The notes under the pieces: model-generated
The model's input: the letters and a program-made list of their open reading frames with translations, nothing else
The model's database searches: none
Told to the model about the DNA's origin: nothing
In this document: piece after piece, positions 1-9,729 of the stretch
How the letters are laid out: every line of letters begins with the position of its first letter
Numbering within the stretch: the first letter of the stretch is position 1
Translations under genes and position numbers: made by a program
Origin: Synechococcus sp.
GTDB taxonomy: Bacteria; Cyanobacteriota; Cyanobacteriia; PCC-6307; Cyanobiaceae
Assembly (NCBI GenBank): GCA_047284725.1
Contig: JBJBEO010000001.1
Location: forward strand, 1,784,203-1,848,202
Direction: 5' to 3'
DNA length: 64,000 nucleotides

Positions 1-651
1 AGCCCGTTCAAGGCCGATGTGTTCTTTGTGGCACTACGCTGCTTCACCAACATCAAATGGGGAACCCGGCATCCCTGGATCCTTCGCGACCCCGAGCTCG
101 GACCGGTCCGGGTTCGGGGTTTCGGCAGTTTCTGCGTTCAGGTGACTGATCCCGTCAGCCTGATCCGTCATCTCAATGGCAGCAACGCGACCTTCACCCT
201 TGAAGGCATCCAGGAACAGTTGCGCAATCTGGTGGTCAGTCGCCTGGCCGACCAACTGGGAGAAAACAGAATCCCCGTCCTCGACCTGGCGTCGTCGTAT
301 GACGAGATCGCGGCAACATTGGAAGAATCGCTGAGCAAGACAAGGCATGACTTCGGCCTGGTCATCAGCAAGCTTCTGATTGAGAGCCTCACCCTGCCGC
401 CTGAAGTGGAAGCGGCGATCGACCGCCGCGCAGCCATCGCCCTCACCGGGGATCTGGCCGCATTCCGCACCTATCAGGAAGGCATTGCCCTGGAGAAAGC
501 AGCCGCCAACCCTGGCGGGACCGGCGCAGCGGGTGCCGGTCTGGCGATGGGTTTCGCTCTCGGTGAGCGGCTCAGTCCGCCGGCGAACACCCCAGCTGAG
601 CAGGCAGACAACGACACACCCACCAACCCGGACAACGCTGAGACGCCATGA
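1..651 (+). CDS. SPFH/band-7 domain protein (YdjI-like), 5'-truncated by window edge
   Basis: Frame open from window start; KWGT...LRDPELGPVRVRGFGSF, IESLTLPPEVEAAIDRR and AANPGG-GAGLAMG motifs typical of this SPFH subfamily. Confidence 0.8.
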   Translation, partial: SPFKADVFFVALRCFTNIKWGTRHPWILRDPELGPVRVRGFGSFCVQVTDPVSLIRHLNGSNATFTLEGIQEQLRNLVVSRLADQLGENRIPVLDLASSYDEIAATLEESLSKTRHDFGLVISKLLIESLTLPPEVEAAIDRRAAIALTGDLAAFRTYQEGIALEKAAANPGGTGAAGAGLAMGFALGERLSPPANTPAEQADNDTPTNPDNAETP

Positions 652-1373
652 GTTGCCCCTGCTGCGCAGCCCCGCTCCCCGCAACCGATGTGGTGTGTCG
701 TTACTGCGGCCACCGCATCGACTTCGATCTGAAGGACTGGCGAAGCATGCGGAGTGCAGCGGCCGGCGGCCCCTTGCAATGCCCCGATTGCCGGACGGAT
801 CTCGAGCACCTTGAGATCGGAGACGCCAAGGCGGGCGACCCTGCCATCAGGCTGGCGCGATGTGCCGCCTGTCTTGGACTGTTTCTGCCCCTCGGCACCC
901 TTGAACAACTGCTGGACAGCAGTCCTGTGCAAGCCACGAGCGTGAACCACCGTGTGCTCGACAACCTGCTGAAGGCGAATCACTCAGCCGCATCCACGCC
1001 GCGTTACCGCCGATGCCCATCGTGCAGCACCTTGATGCACCGCAAATTGCACGGCAAACGCAGCGGTGTGATTGTCGACAGCTGCCGCGACCACGGTCTC
1101 TGGCTCGATGCCGGTGAACTCCGGCAGCTGATGGAGTGGTGCCAAGCCGGTGGACGGCTGTGGGATGAGAAGAGACGCGCCATGGAGCGCAGCGAGCAGG
1201 AGCGTCGCGACCGCCTGGACAACCGGGAGCAGGCCGAGCAACGCCTCTTGATGGAAGCGGAGCTGACCATGGAACATCGCAACCGAGGTCATCGGCGAGA
1301 AACCGACATGGTGGAAGACCTGGTGATGGCGTTGGTGGAGGCGGTGGGGGAGGCCCTGTTTTCACGCTCCTAG
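648..1373 (+). CDS. Multi zinc-ribbon protein (zf-TFIIB-like repeats)
   Basis: CPCC..CRYC, CPDC..CAAC, CPSC..VDSCRDHGLWLDAGEL; ATGA overlap with SPFH stop. Confidence 0.8.
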   Translation: MSCPCCAAPLPATDVVCRYCGHRIDFDLKDWRSMRSAAAGGPLQCPDCRTDLEHLEIGDAKAGDPAIRLARCAACLGLFLPLGTLEQLLDSSPVQATSVNHRVLDNLLKANHSAASTPRYRRCPSCSTLMHRKLHGKRSGVIVDSCRDHGLWLDAGELRQLMEWCQAGGRLWDEKRRAMERSEQERRDRLDNREQAEQRLLMEAELTMEHRNRGHRRETDMVEDLVMALVEAVGEALFSRS

Positions 1374-1382
1374 ACCCAACGA

Positions 1383-1886
1383 TCAGTTCATGCGGTCATC
1401 CAGTCGTTGTTTCAGCAGCTCGATTTCAGCCTGCAGTTCAGCATTGGACGCGTCGCCGGCCCCCGGAGCTGACGCCTGCCGGCCCTCCGAGTCATAGGCC
1501 CTGAGCCCACGAAACATCAGACCACCACCAGCAGCGATCATCACGACATACACCGCGAGCTGCCACAGCGTGGTGGGGCGAAACACCATCCGCACGCTGT
1601 TAAGCACACCAACGAACAAGGCCGCCAGGGAGGCCCAGATCAGCAGGTTGGCCCAACGGCGAACACCACCGGTAAACAGCAAACAGACGCCGATGCCCAG
1701 GGGCACCATCAGCAGACCCATGCCCGGCTCTCCGAGGGGAAAGGCAACACCGCCGCCCCAGCCTCTGGCGATGCCGATCTGAGAGCGGACCATCACCTGA
1801 TTGGCCAGCAGGAAGCCTCCGGCCCCGAACAGACACCCCCCGATCAGGAACTGACTGAAATCACCAGCGGCACGACGTCGACCCAT
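1383..1886 (-). CDS. Hypothetical 4-TM membrane protein with C-terminal coiled coil
   Basis: Four hydrophobic segments and ELQAEIELLKQRL tail. Confidence 0.7.
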   Translation of the reverse strand: MGRRRAAGDFSQFLIGGCLFGAGGFLLANQVMVRSQIGIARGWGGGVAFPLGEPGMGLLMVPLGIGVCLLFTGGVRRWANLLIWASLAALFVGVLNSVRMVFRPTTLWQLAVYVVMIAAGGGLMFRGLRAYDSEGRQASAPGAGDASNAELQAEIELLKQRLDDRMN

Positions 1887-1982
1887 GGCAGGCGATCACA
1901 GCAGTGTCCCCACGATCGTCGTGAATCGCGTGGCTGTCATCCAAGCCAGTGGGCAACGGGTCTCAGGGCAGCCAATGCCCCC

Positions 1983-2258
1983 TTAAAACTCCTCCTCATC
2001 AAGAAGAAACAGATCGCCCAGGAAAGGCTCGTTACCGGCTGGCGCGTCGTTCTCCATCACCATCTCACGAATGGCATCATCGGCCTTGAACACAATCAGA
2101 TCGTGATCAGCACCATCCACGCCCTGCATCTCTGGGTGGCCACCAATCATCCGGCGTACACTGCGCCATTCATCAAATTGGCCATAAAACCGCCTTGCAA
2201 CAACATCAAGAAGCAGCAAATCAGCCAGAATCAAAAAGACAATTATGAGGAATGTCAT
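1983..2258 (-). CDS. Hypothetical protein with N-terminal TM helix
   Basis: ATG preceded by AGAGGAGG; hydrophobic N-terminus. Confidence 0.55.
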   Translation of the reverse strand: MTFLIIVFLILADLLLLDVVARRFYGQFDEWRSVRRMIGGHPEMQGVDGADHDLIVFKADDAIREMVMENDAPAGNEPFLGDLFLLDEEEF

Positions 2259-2448
2259 TAGGCCTCCTCTTGGCTTTCTGAAGCCTATCTTCAGCAGCAA
2301 TTAACGTAAATCGTGACACCACGACAGCAAGAATACTCAGGTTCGAAAGCCAGACTGGCCATCACAAGCCTCAGTAAAGAACGGTTGTCTCTGCTGTGAA
2401 ATTCAAAGCAAACCACCTAGACCAGAAAGAGAGACGAAGGTGGCCGAC

Positions 2449-2577
2449 ATGTTCAACACCCTTGCCTGGTCCGCGCTCATCATGGTGACGATGGTGGCGT
2501 TTCTCGCCTTGGTCGTCGGCGAGGTTCAGCTACTGAGCCAAGATTCAGACACAAGCCAATCAGACGCAACTCGCTGA
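2449..2577 (+). CDS. Small single-TM protein (42 aa)
   Basis: Read manually: MFNTLAWSALIMVTMVAFLALVVGEVQLLSQDSDTSQSDATR*; GAAGGTGG upstream. Confidence 0.5.
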   Translation: MFNTLAWSALIMVTMVAFLALVVGEVQLLSQDSDTSQSDATR

Positions 2578-2584
2578 CCAAAGC

Positions 2585-2902
2585 TCAGATCTCCCGGCTG
2601 ATCCAACTCTCCTGGCCAAGCCCATCGAGCCCATGCACAACATGGGCGATCAGATCAGCCTGAATCAAACGAATATCACCCGAGTCAACGTCCCAGACCC
2701 GAAGCAACGAAGGTGCAGCCGACTGCTGATCACCGCCTTCACAAAAGAGAATCTGACCCATCCACCAATCTTCCGACCCACGCCGATCCACCTGATCGGG
2801 CAAGCGAACAATCACATATTGACCAGGCAACACGGCCAAAGCCCCAGGCGATGAGCCAGCCCCCGAGCACATCCGAACGGCGCCTGGAGAGTCGGAGTCC
2901 AT
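2585..2902 (-). CDS. DUF3104-like protein
   Basis: VLPGQYVIV..DWWMGQILFCEGG..VWDVDSGDIRLIQADLIAHV pattern typical of this picocyanobacterial family. Confidence 0.7.
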   Translation of the reverse strand: MDSDSPGAVRMCSGAGSSPGALAVLPGQYVIVRLPDQVDRRGSEDWWMGQILFCEGGDQQSAAPSLLRVWDVDSGDIRLIQADLIAHVVHGLDGLGQESWISREI

Positions 2903-3314
2903 TCCTAGTACGCACGCACTAATCACGTTCTAACGCACCTTTCCGGAGAAGAAATGAGCAAGACCGCGCACTCCACTCTTAATCCCCACAATCACTCACG
3001 CAACCTTCACCCCACTCCCTCCAACGGAAGGGGTCCGAAACGCCAAACCATCCCTCTTCATGGCCACCATTCAGCGATCACAGCACCGAGGCGCTGCCAA
3101 TCAGGCCAGGTCAGATGCACACGCGATGCCAAGGCAGAGGAGACTCGCCGACCCCGAGCCGGGCACAACGCAGTGCATCACTGATTCGAAGCGATCGGAA
3201 CGAAATCATGGAACAACAATCGCCCAGGAGTCATCAACAACGTCACAGTCAGACAAGACAGGATTGAAGCGTGCTGATCGAGCATGCTCGGGGCTGCTCA
3301 ATCACGATTGCGAC

Positions 3315-3803
3315 CTAAACCTCGTTCCACTTCGCATAAACCGTGAAGGCACCCCTTGGCGAAGGCACGATTCCGATCGTCAAATGCTCACCAGGCTTCG
3401 ACCAAAAACTGGCACCGACGAATTGCTTTCCTTTGACATCCCACCACTCCGGGCTGTCGGACTCCATCAATCCACAGGTGCCGCATTCTCTGAATCCCGA
3501 CAGTGGTACATACTCATGAAGAAAGATCTGATCAATCGAGTCAACATACGCAACAAATTTAAATTGCATTGAATCATCCAAAAAGCCTGGAAAATATCTC
3601 AAACCAATTGGCGTGATACGTGCATTGGGTTGGACACCCACAAGCTGACGCGCATTGGAGACTTGCGCACTGCTCAGACTTGTAGTCTCCTCGGGCATAA
3701 AGATGACTGACATAACTGCCACGGCGAACAGACCAGCAAGATATTCATAGGGTTTATAGATCAGCCAATACAAGAATTGCAGCAGCACAGGATGGGGGAT
3801 CAT
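3315..3803 (-). CDS. Hypothetical membrane-anchored protein
   Basis: Long ORF with one TM segment; no family recognised. Confidence 0.55.
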   Translation of the reverse strand: MIPHPVLLQFLYWLIYKPYEYLAGLFAVAVMSVIFMPEETTSLSSAQVSNARQLVGVQPNARITPIGLRYFPGFLDDSMQFKFVAYVDSIDQIFLHEYVPLSGFRECGTCGLMESDSPEWWDVKGKQFVGASFWSKPGEHLTIGIVPSPRGAFTVYAKWNEV

Positions 3804-3984
3804 GGCGGTTGAAGATGGGCTCCCGGCCTGAGAGAGGGCAGTCAAGAGGAGCGATTCATGTTGACCCTAGGTGACCTGTCTGGGACGACTGAAGCGAGAA
3901 GAGACAACGATCACGAATCCGCCGCCGAAACACCAACAAGCAAACCGAACGGCAGTTCGCACCGTCCGTCGCGGATCTTTCCAT

Positions 3985-4668
3985 TCACGGTGAACGCCGC
4001 TCCAGATAGAGGAGGTAATTGTTGAACTCTTGCTTGCTCATCGTCTCCGTTGTGCCGATCAGCCATCGACCGCCAGGCGTTTTGGCACGGTCACTCAAGA
4101 TGTACCAGGGTTGCCTAGGCTTCAGATAGTTGGGGTTGGGGGCATCAACCTTCACGGTGACGGTCTTGAATCCATAGGTGAAGTCGCGTCCTTCCTCCAT
4201 CAACGGATAGGGAGGCCGGCCCTCCCAGCCAGGCTCCGGTAGACAGAGATCAGCGACACACCTTCCAAAGGAGTGCGTGCCCCTTGATCGGAGCGTGCCA
4301 TTACGGGCTTGCCGCTTCAACCACTCTCGATCAGCTTTGTGATAAGCCGCGAGCCTGGCCTCTCCGGCCAAGGTGTATCGCTTCACAGTCACATCGTTCT
4401 GTTGAACGTCCCGATCGACCTTGATGGTCTTTTCGCGGTCCAATGGCGTGACTCTGACAGTCGGGTCGTTGTCGTTGTATTGGCTCACCCGCCAGAAACC
4501 ATCCTGTTGCTCGACCGCATAGACACTGGCTTGAGCAGGCGCGGCGATCACCATCACCACAAACGCGGTCACAGTGGAGTGAATCACGGCAGAACAATGG
4601 TTGAACGATGCACAATCACGCTTGCATTCACACGTCAGAGTCATCGCATCACACGCATGATCGATCAA
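3985..4668 (-). CDS. Hypothetical secreted protein (true start probably downstream of 4668)
   Basis: Signal-like AFVVMVIAAPAQA; protein-like composition. Confidence 0.55.
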   Translation of the reverse strand: MIDHACDAMTLTCECKRDCASFNHCSAVIHSTVTAFVVMVIAAPAQASVYAVEQQDGFWRVSQYNDNDPTVRVTPLDREKTIKVDRDVQQNDVTVKRYTLAGEARLAAYHKADREWLKRQARNGTLRSRGTHSFGRCVADLCLPEPGWEGRPPYPLMEEGRDFTYGFKTVTVKVDAPNPNYLKPRQPWYILSDRAKTPGGRWLIGTTETMSKQEFNNYLLYLERRSP

Positions 4669-4994
4669 GCATCACAGCCATGCCTTTGGAGCGCGAATCA
4701 TGATGTCTGCCAATCAAGAGTTTCACCTATTGGTCGCGCTGGTCGCTTTGCAGACACGGATCCGGTGCGCCATGCCAATCGACACTCCACTGCACCGCCT
4801 GACGCACTTCGCTCAAACAAGGGAACCCGGCCCGCATCAGCACGACTGACCCCTGGACACAACGCCTCCAGGTCGGCCAACGCCTGAATGCTTCGCCCCG
4901 CTCGCTCCTGAACAAGACGCGGCAGGCCTGGAGCTCACAGAAAATAGCCATATAACACAAAAAGCCAGCAAAGACAATCAAACCGCCCAAATTG

Positions 4995-5032
4995 GTGACA
5001 CCTCGAAACACGGTGTTACGATCCTTAACAGT
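4995..5032 (+). promoter_or_regulatory. Four HLR1-like (RpaB) half-sites upstream of ocp
   Basis: GTGACA(4995), GAAACA(5005), GTTACG(5015), TTAACA(5025) at exact 10-bp spacing, resembling (G/T)TTACA(T/A)(T/A)NN repeats. Confidence 0.5.
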
Positions 5033-5045
5033 TTTTGCACCGCGG

Positions 5046-6002
5046 ATGTACACGCTCGACAAAGCTCGTCAGATCTTTCCAGAGACCAAGACTGCTGATG
5101 CTGTTCCAGCGATTACAGCCCGCTACAAACTGCTCAGCGCTGAAGACCAGCTGGCTCTGATCTGGTTTGCCTACCTCGAAATGGGGCAGAGCATCACCAT
5201 TGCAGCTCCCGGTGCCGCTCGCATGGCACTCGCCCAGCCCACCCTCGACGAGATCGTGGCGATGAGCTTTGACGAGCAGACCAAAGTGATGTGCGATCTG
5301 GCAGCGAAGATCGAATCGCCGATCTCAACGCTTTATGCCTACTGGTCGGTCAACGTGAAGCTGGGCTTTTGGTACGAGCTCGGTGAATTGATGCGCCAAG
5401 GCAAAGTGGCTCCGATCCCTCAGGGCTACAAGCTTTCCGCGAATGCGTCGTCTGTGCTCGACGCCGTGAAAAAAGTGGAGCAGGGACAGCAGATCACACT
5501 GCTGCGTAACTTTGTTGTCGACATGGGCTTCGATCCGAATCTTGATGACGACAAGGTGATGTCTGAGCCCATCGTTGCTCCGACTCCCATCGAGCAGCGT
5601 GAGCAGATCTTCATCCCCGGAGTGCTCAATGAGACGATCCTGAGCTACATGCAGCTCTTGAATGCCAACGATTTCGATCAACTGATCGACCTCTTCCTCG
5701 AAGATGGAGCCTTGCAGCCTCCCTTCCAGCGTCCGATTGTTGGTCGAGACGCCATTCTCAAGTTTTTCAAGCGCGATTGCCAGAACCTGAAGCTGATGCC
5801 CCAAGGCGGATTCGGGGAGCCCGCTGAAGGAGGGTTCAATCAGATTAAAGTCACCGGCAAAGTACAAACCCCGTGGTTCGGCCGTGAGGTCGGCATGAAT
5901 GTTGCTTGGAGGTTCCTGCTCGACGACAACAACAAGATCTACTTTGTTGCCATCGACTTGCTTGCTTCTCCAGCCGAGCTGCTCAAACTTGGCGCCAAAT
6001 GA
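5046..6002 (+). CDS. ocp: Orange carotenoid protein
   Basis: MYTLDKARQIFPET..SAEDQLALIWFAYLEMG N-terminal domain; NTF2-like C-terminal domain with KVQTPWFG, AIDLLASPAELL. Confidence 0.97.
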   Translation: MYTLDKARQIFPETKTADAVPAITARYKLLSAEDQLALIWFAYLEMGQSITIAAPGAARMALAQPTLDEIVAMSFDEQTKVMCDLAAKIESPISTLYAYWSVNVKLGFWYELGELMRQGKVAPIPQGYKLSANASSVLDAVKKVEQGQQITLLRNFVVDMGFDPNLDDDKVMSEPIVAPTPIEQREQIFIPGVLNETILSYMQLLNANDFDQLIDLFLEDGALQPPFQRPIVGRDAILKFFKRDCQNLKLMPQGGFGEPAEGGFNQIKVTGKVQTPWFGREVGMNVAWRFLLDDNNKIYFVAIDLLASPAELLKLGAK

Positions 6003-6753
6003 AGTAACACCTGAGCCCAACAAGGGATTAAAACTTGCATGCCTGATTGGGGCCTGTTGGTTTGTGTCCCTTGTGGTTTGCCTGTGTTTCCCTGTTCAAC
6101 AGGAATGCCTTTCTGTGGTGATAGCACTGGTCCTGATTCGCAGTTTTCTGCACACAGGTCTTTTCATTGTCGCCCACGATGCAATGCACCAAAGCCTGGC
6201 TCCAAAATCTTTACCTCTCAACCATAGAATCGGGAATTGGTGCTTGATAGCCTATGCAGGCCTGTCATACAAGAGATGCACACTCAATCATCATCTCCAT
6301 CATCAAAGCCCTGAATCAAAGTCAGATCCCGATTACCACCATACAGATGATCAATCAATCTTAGGTTGGTACATTCATTTTCTCGGCAATTACATCGGGA
6401 AGCTTCAGATCATTCGCCTTGCCGTGATCTGGTTATTCTTGTTTCTAATAAGCCTGAGCTTTCAGGAGTTTGCCGCAAGAGCCGTTGTTCTCTTCGCCAT
6501 TCTTCCTCTGATCATCAGTTCTTGGCAGCTTTTCTTGATCGGGACCTGTCTACCGCACAGGAAACGATGCGATCACAACAAAACTTCCAATCATCCCCGC
6601 AGCCTCAGACTTCCTGCAGCGTTATCATTCGCAGCTTGCTATCACTTTGGCTACCATTGGGAACATCACCAGTTTCCATCAACCCCTTGGTATCAGCTTC
6701 CAAGCCTGAACGTTGCTTATCAACAACACCAAAAAAGTAATCATCATCGATAA
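6001..6753 (+). CDS. crtW: Beta-carotene ketolase CrtW-like (start codon unresolved)
   Basis: Desaturase His boxes HTGLFIVAHDAMH, HHLHH..DPDY, CYHFGYHWEHH..PWYQLP; located between ocp and frp. Confidence 0.85.
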   Translation, partial: EVTPEPNKGLKLACLIGACWFVSLVVCLCFPVQQECLSVVIALVLIRSFLHTGLFIVAHDAMHQSLAPKSLPLNHRIGNWCLIAYAGLSYKRCTLNHHLHHQSPESKSDPDYHHTDDQSILGWYIHFLGNYIGKLQIIRLAVIWLFLFLISLSFQEFAARAVVLFAILPLIISSWQLFLIGTCLPHRKRCDHNKTSNHPRSLRLPAALSFAACYHFGYHWEHHQFPSTPWYQLPSLNVAYQQHQKSNHHR

Positions 6754-6774
6754 AAAAATCCAACTCTCCACCAC

Positions 6775-7095
6775 ATGATTTCAGCCGATTGGACCCAAGA
6801 CGAATTAACGATCGCCCGCACAGCTTTTGAAACAGGCAAGCGGCGCTCCATTGAAGCATTGATCAAGACACTTCAAGAGAGCGTTGGAGCACTCGAAAGC
6901 CCTGAATCAATCTGGTCACTTCACGATTATTTGAGTACTGAGCGCTACCAATACGAAGGTCGCGCCGATTTCGAAACAAGCAATATCCTTTTCACATTGG
7001 CTGACATGCTAAAACAAAAATTGATTTCCCCAGAAGACCTCACTGGCCTCGACCAGAAAAAGCTAAGCAAAGTAAAGGCAATGTCGATGTTTTAA
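6775..7095 (+). CDS. frp: Fluorescence recovery protein
   Basis: WTQDE..IARTAF..WSLHDYLSTERY.YEGR motif; synteny with ocp. Confidence 0.93.
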   Translation: MISADWTQDELTIARTAFETGKRRSIEALIKTLQESVGALESPESIWSLHDYLSTERYQYEGRADFETSNILFTLADMLKQKLISPEDLTGLDQKKLSKVKAMSMF

Positions 7096-7294
7096 TCGTA
7101 AACCTGCAGAGACTAATCAGCGCCAACGATCCTCACCCTGACAAAACGCAAAAGCGGTTAATACCTTTTCTATTTTACCAAAATTCTTGTGTTGTTGGTC
7201 TGAATCCCCCAGCGAATGTTCAAGTTCAAAGTCTGTTCATGGTTTCGCTTGAACAACGAGGAGCAGACTGATCGTTGAGAGCCGCGCCTTCCCC

Positions 7295-7561
7295 TTGACC
7301 AGCAGAGCAGCGATCCGAGCGGTGTACGACGATCCTCAGGTTGAGGGCATGGAGCTGCTCTACACCGCAATTGGGGAACAACTGCAGCAGGGCATCAGCT
7401 TTGACAACGCCTATGCCAACACCATCGCGGCAGGTGGTGCGGCTGCAACCACCTGGATCCGCTTCTGCGTGCAGTGCTCAACGCGGTTCGATGAACCACC
7501 CGCGGAAGACGACTTTCTCTCGGTGCTCCATGAGATGTGCCGCGAACCCATGAAACGCTGA
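7295..7561 (+). CDS. Conserved hypothetical protein
   Basis: WIRFCVQCSTRFDEPPAEDDFL; protein-like composition. Confidence 0.65.
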   Translation: MTSRAAIRAVYDDPQVEGMELLYTAIGEQLQQGISFDNAYANTIAAGGAAATTWIRFCVQCSTRFDEPPAEDDFLSVLHEMCREPMKR

Positions 7562-7592
7562 ACCGAGCCAAGTGTCGAAACAGTCACTCGGA

Positions 7593-7997
7593 TCACCAAT
7601 AGAAGATGTCGGGAACCCCCTCTGCGCAGCGCCGCAACTGACGCTCCGCCTTCTGGCGCTTCTCCGCACTGAGCGGAGGTTGATCCGGACCCAACAACGC
7701 TGACACCTCCTCGCAAACCTGCAACGTGCGTTGATGCACCGCTTCCTGCACCCGCAGCTCAATGCCCTTGCAGGCTGCAGGGGTGTCGCGCACCAACGGC
7801 ACATCCAAAGGATCGTTGTCGTACAGCGTCGGCACCTTGCCTCCCGTCTGCTCAAGGCAACGGTCCACTCTGGCTTCAAGGGCAGCGACCTCCGCTTGCC
7901 TGGCTGACTCCTGCCGGATCTCGGAGCCGCAACCAGCCATCAGCAGACTGACCCCCCACAAGGCCCACCAACGGTTCCCCCTCGATGCGGTGTTCAC
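7593..7997 (-). CDS. Putative lipoprotein
   Basis: Signal peptide ending LLMAGC. Confidence 0.6.
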   Translation of the reverse strand: MNTASRGNRWWALWGVSLLMAGCGSEIRQESARQAEVAALEARVDRCLEQTGGKVPTLYDNDPLDVPLVRDTPAACKGIELRVQEAVHQRTLQVCEEVSALLGPDQPPLSAEKRQKAERQLRRCAEGVPDIFYW

Positions 7998-8074
7998 AGC
8001 AACAGCCGGCGCCCCCTGTCTGCAACGCTAGAGATCTCCACCAGCTCCGCAAGGCGGTTCTCCATTCAGCCCCG

Positions 8075-8452
8075 ATGGCGACAACCCCGGAAGGCCCCTC
8101 CGACATGAACTCCAGCTGCCGCGACCTCAACCTGCCGATCAATGCCGCCCTGCGGGAACGGTTTGAAGCCCACGCACTGGCACAGAACAGCAGTCTCCAG
8201 GCCAGCCGCGGCCCCGCTGCAGCACAGGATGCCGGTGCCCGTGAAGCCCTCACCAAGCTGAAACAACGCACCGAAGCGCTGGAGAGTCTCACCCGCCAAA
8301 TGACCACCCACATGCGCATGCTCCAGGAGGAGGTCGACCAGCTCAAAACGCCTGCAGCCATCAGTGAACAGCAACAGATCAGCGAGATGCTGCCGGCCCT
8401 CGCCGATGACTTCGCCGATGACTTCGCCGATGACTTCGCGGCAGACTTCTGA
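8075..8452 (+). CDS. Hypothetical coiled-coil protein with ADDF-repeat tail
   Basis: Heptad pattern; C-terminal ADDFADDFADDFAADF. Confidence 0.55.
   Translation: MATTPEGPSDMNSSCRDLNLPINAALRERFEAHALAQNSSLQASRGPAAAQDAGAREALTKLKQRTEALESLTRQMTTHMRMLQEEVDQLKTPAAISEQQQISEMLPALADDFADDFADDFAADF
8401..8448. repeat. 12-bp tandem repeat (CGCCGATGACTT x3 plus one degenerate copy)
   Basis: Directly visible. Confidence 0.95.
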
Positions 8453-8487
8453 GCTGGCTGCGAGGCGCGCAGCACAGGTCGCTGGAA

Positions 8488-9312
8488 TCAGCGGTTGATC
8501 ATGCGCTGTCGTACCAGGGCATCCCAGAGACGCGTCGGCATGAAGCGTTGCACCAGCACCGCCTCCGATTCACTGCCACATCGATAGCGCGGCTGGGGGT
8601 CGGAGGCCTCCAGCGCCATCGCGATCGTGCGAGCCACCACCTCCGGCTCCGAGCCCCGGCGGAAACCTTCAGCCCAACTCGAGGCCACCTTGCGCATCAT
8701 CGGGCCCCACACCGGATCGCTGGCTCCTTGGTCCATGGAGACCGCCGATGCCGCTTCAAAGCCGGTGCGGATCAAGCCGGGCTCCACCAGCACCACCTGC
8801 ACACCAAACGCATGAAGCTCCAGGCGCAGGGCATCACTGAGCCCTTCAAGAGCATGCTTGCTGGCGCCATACCAACCCGCACCGGGCGTAACGAAGCGAC
8901 CAGCAATCGACGACAGGTTGACGATGCGACCCCGTCGCCGCTCGCGCATCGCGGGCAGCAAGAGCTGGGTCAGCCCCATCAGACCGAACACATTCACCTC
9001 AAACATGGCCCGGGCCCGCTCGAGCGTCGTCGTTTCCAGGGGACCCACCTCGCCACAGCCAGCGTTGTTGACCAGCGCATCGAGGGCCCCGATCCGCTCC
9101 TGCAACGTGGCCGCCAACTGCTCACGGGAAGCGGCATCGGCCACATCCAGCGGGAGCACCTGGGCACCTCGACTCTGAAGAGATGCCATCGCCTCCACCC
9201 GCCGTGCAGCGGCAAACACCTGCCAGCCACGATTCAACAGGTGATGGGCTGTCGCCAGACCAATACCGCTTGAAGCACCAGTGATCAACACACTGCGACC
9301 CGACATCGCCAT
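8488..9312 (-). CDS. Short-chain dehydrogenase/reductase
   Basis: TGASSGIG, NNAG and YGASK motifs. Confidence 0.92.
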   Translation of the reverse strand: MAMSGRSVLITGASSGIGLATAHHLLNRGWQVFAAARRVEAMASLQSRGAQVLPLDVADAASREQLAATLQERIGALDALVNNAGCGEVGPLETTTLERARAMFEVNVFGLMGLTQLLLPAMRERRRGRIVNLSSIAGRFVTPGAGWYGASKHALEGLSDALRLELHAFGVQVVLVEPGLIRTGFEAASAVSMDQGASDPVWGPMMRKVASSWAEGFRRGSEPEVVARTIAMALEASDPQPRYRCGSESEAVLVQRFMPTRLWDALVRQRMINR

Positions 9313-9473
9313 CAGCTCCTCACCAACCTGTGCACTCTGGCAACAGCCCTCAACCAACGACGACCACGGCGACGCCTGACCTCCCCTGGGGCGATCAACC
9401 CTGAAACCTTTCCGCAACCCCTTGACCCCCACCCCGATTCGGCTTAGTACAGATGTACTGTTGCAGACGGGCT

Positions 9474-9704
9474 ATGGAAGAGTGGGATTTCGTGGACGAT
9501 CACGACCTGACCAACTGGAAGGGAGCCTGCATCTGCATGACCTGCCAGCATTTCGCCTACGGCGTTGATCGGCACTGCCACACCATCGTTGGCTGCAACC
9601 TCAGGAGACGACAGCTCCAGCAGGGGCAGCACCTGACCAAGCGCTGCATTGAATGGGCTCCAACGTGGCAGAAAGAGATGGGCTGGGCCCCCGAAGCAGG
9701 GTGA
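9474..9704 (+). CDS. Small Cys-rich conserved picocyanobacterial protein
   Basis: CICMTCQHF..CHTIVGC..HLTKRC..W; possibly metal-binding. Confidence 0.7.
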   Translation: MEEWDFVDDHDLTNWKGACICMTCQHFAYGVDRHCHTIVGCNLRRRQLQQGQHLTKRCIEWAPTWQKEMGWAPEAG

Positions 9705-9729
9705 CGCCGATGCACCTGGAAGCCGATGC

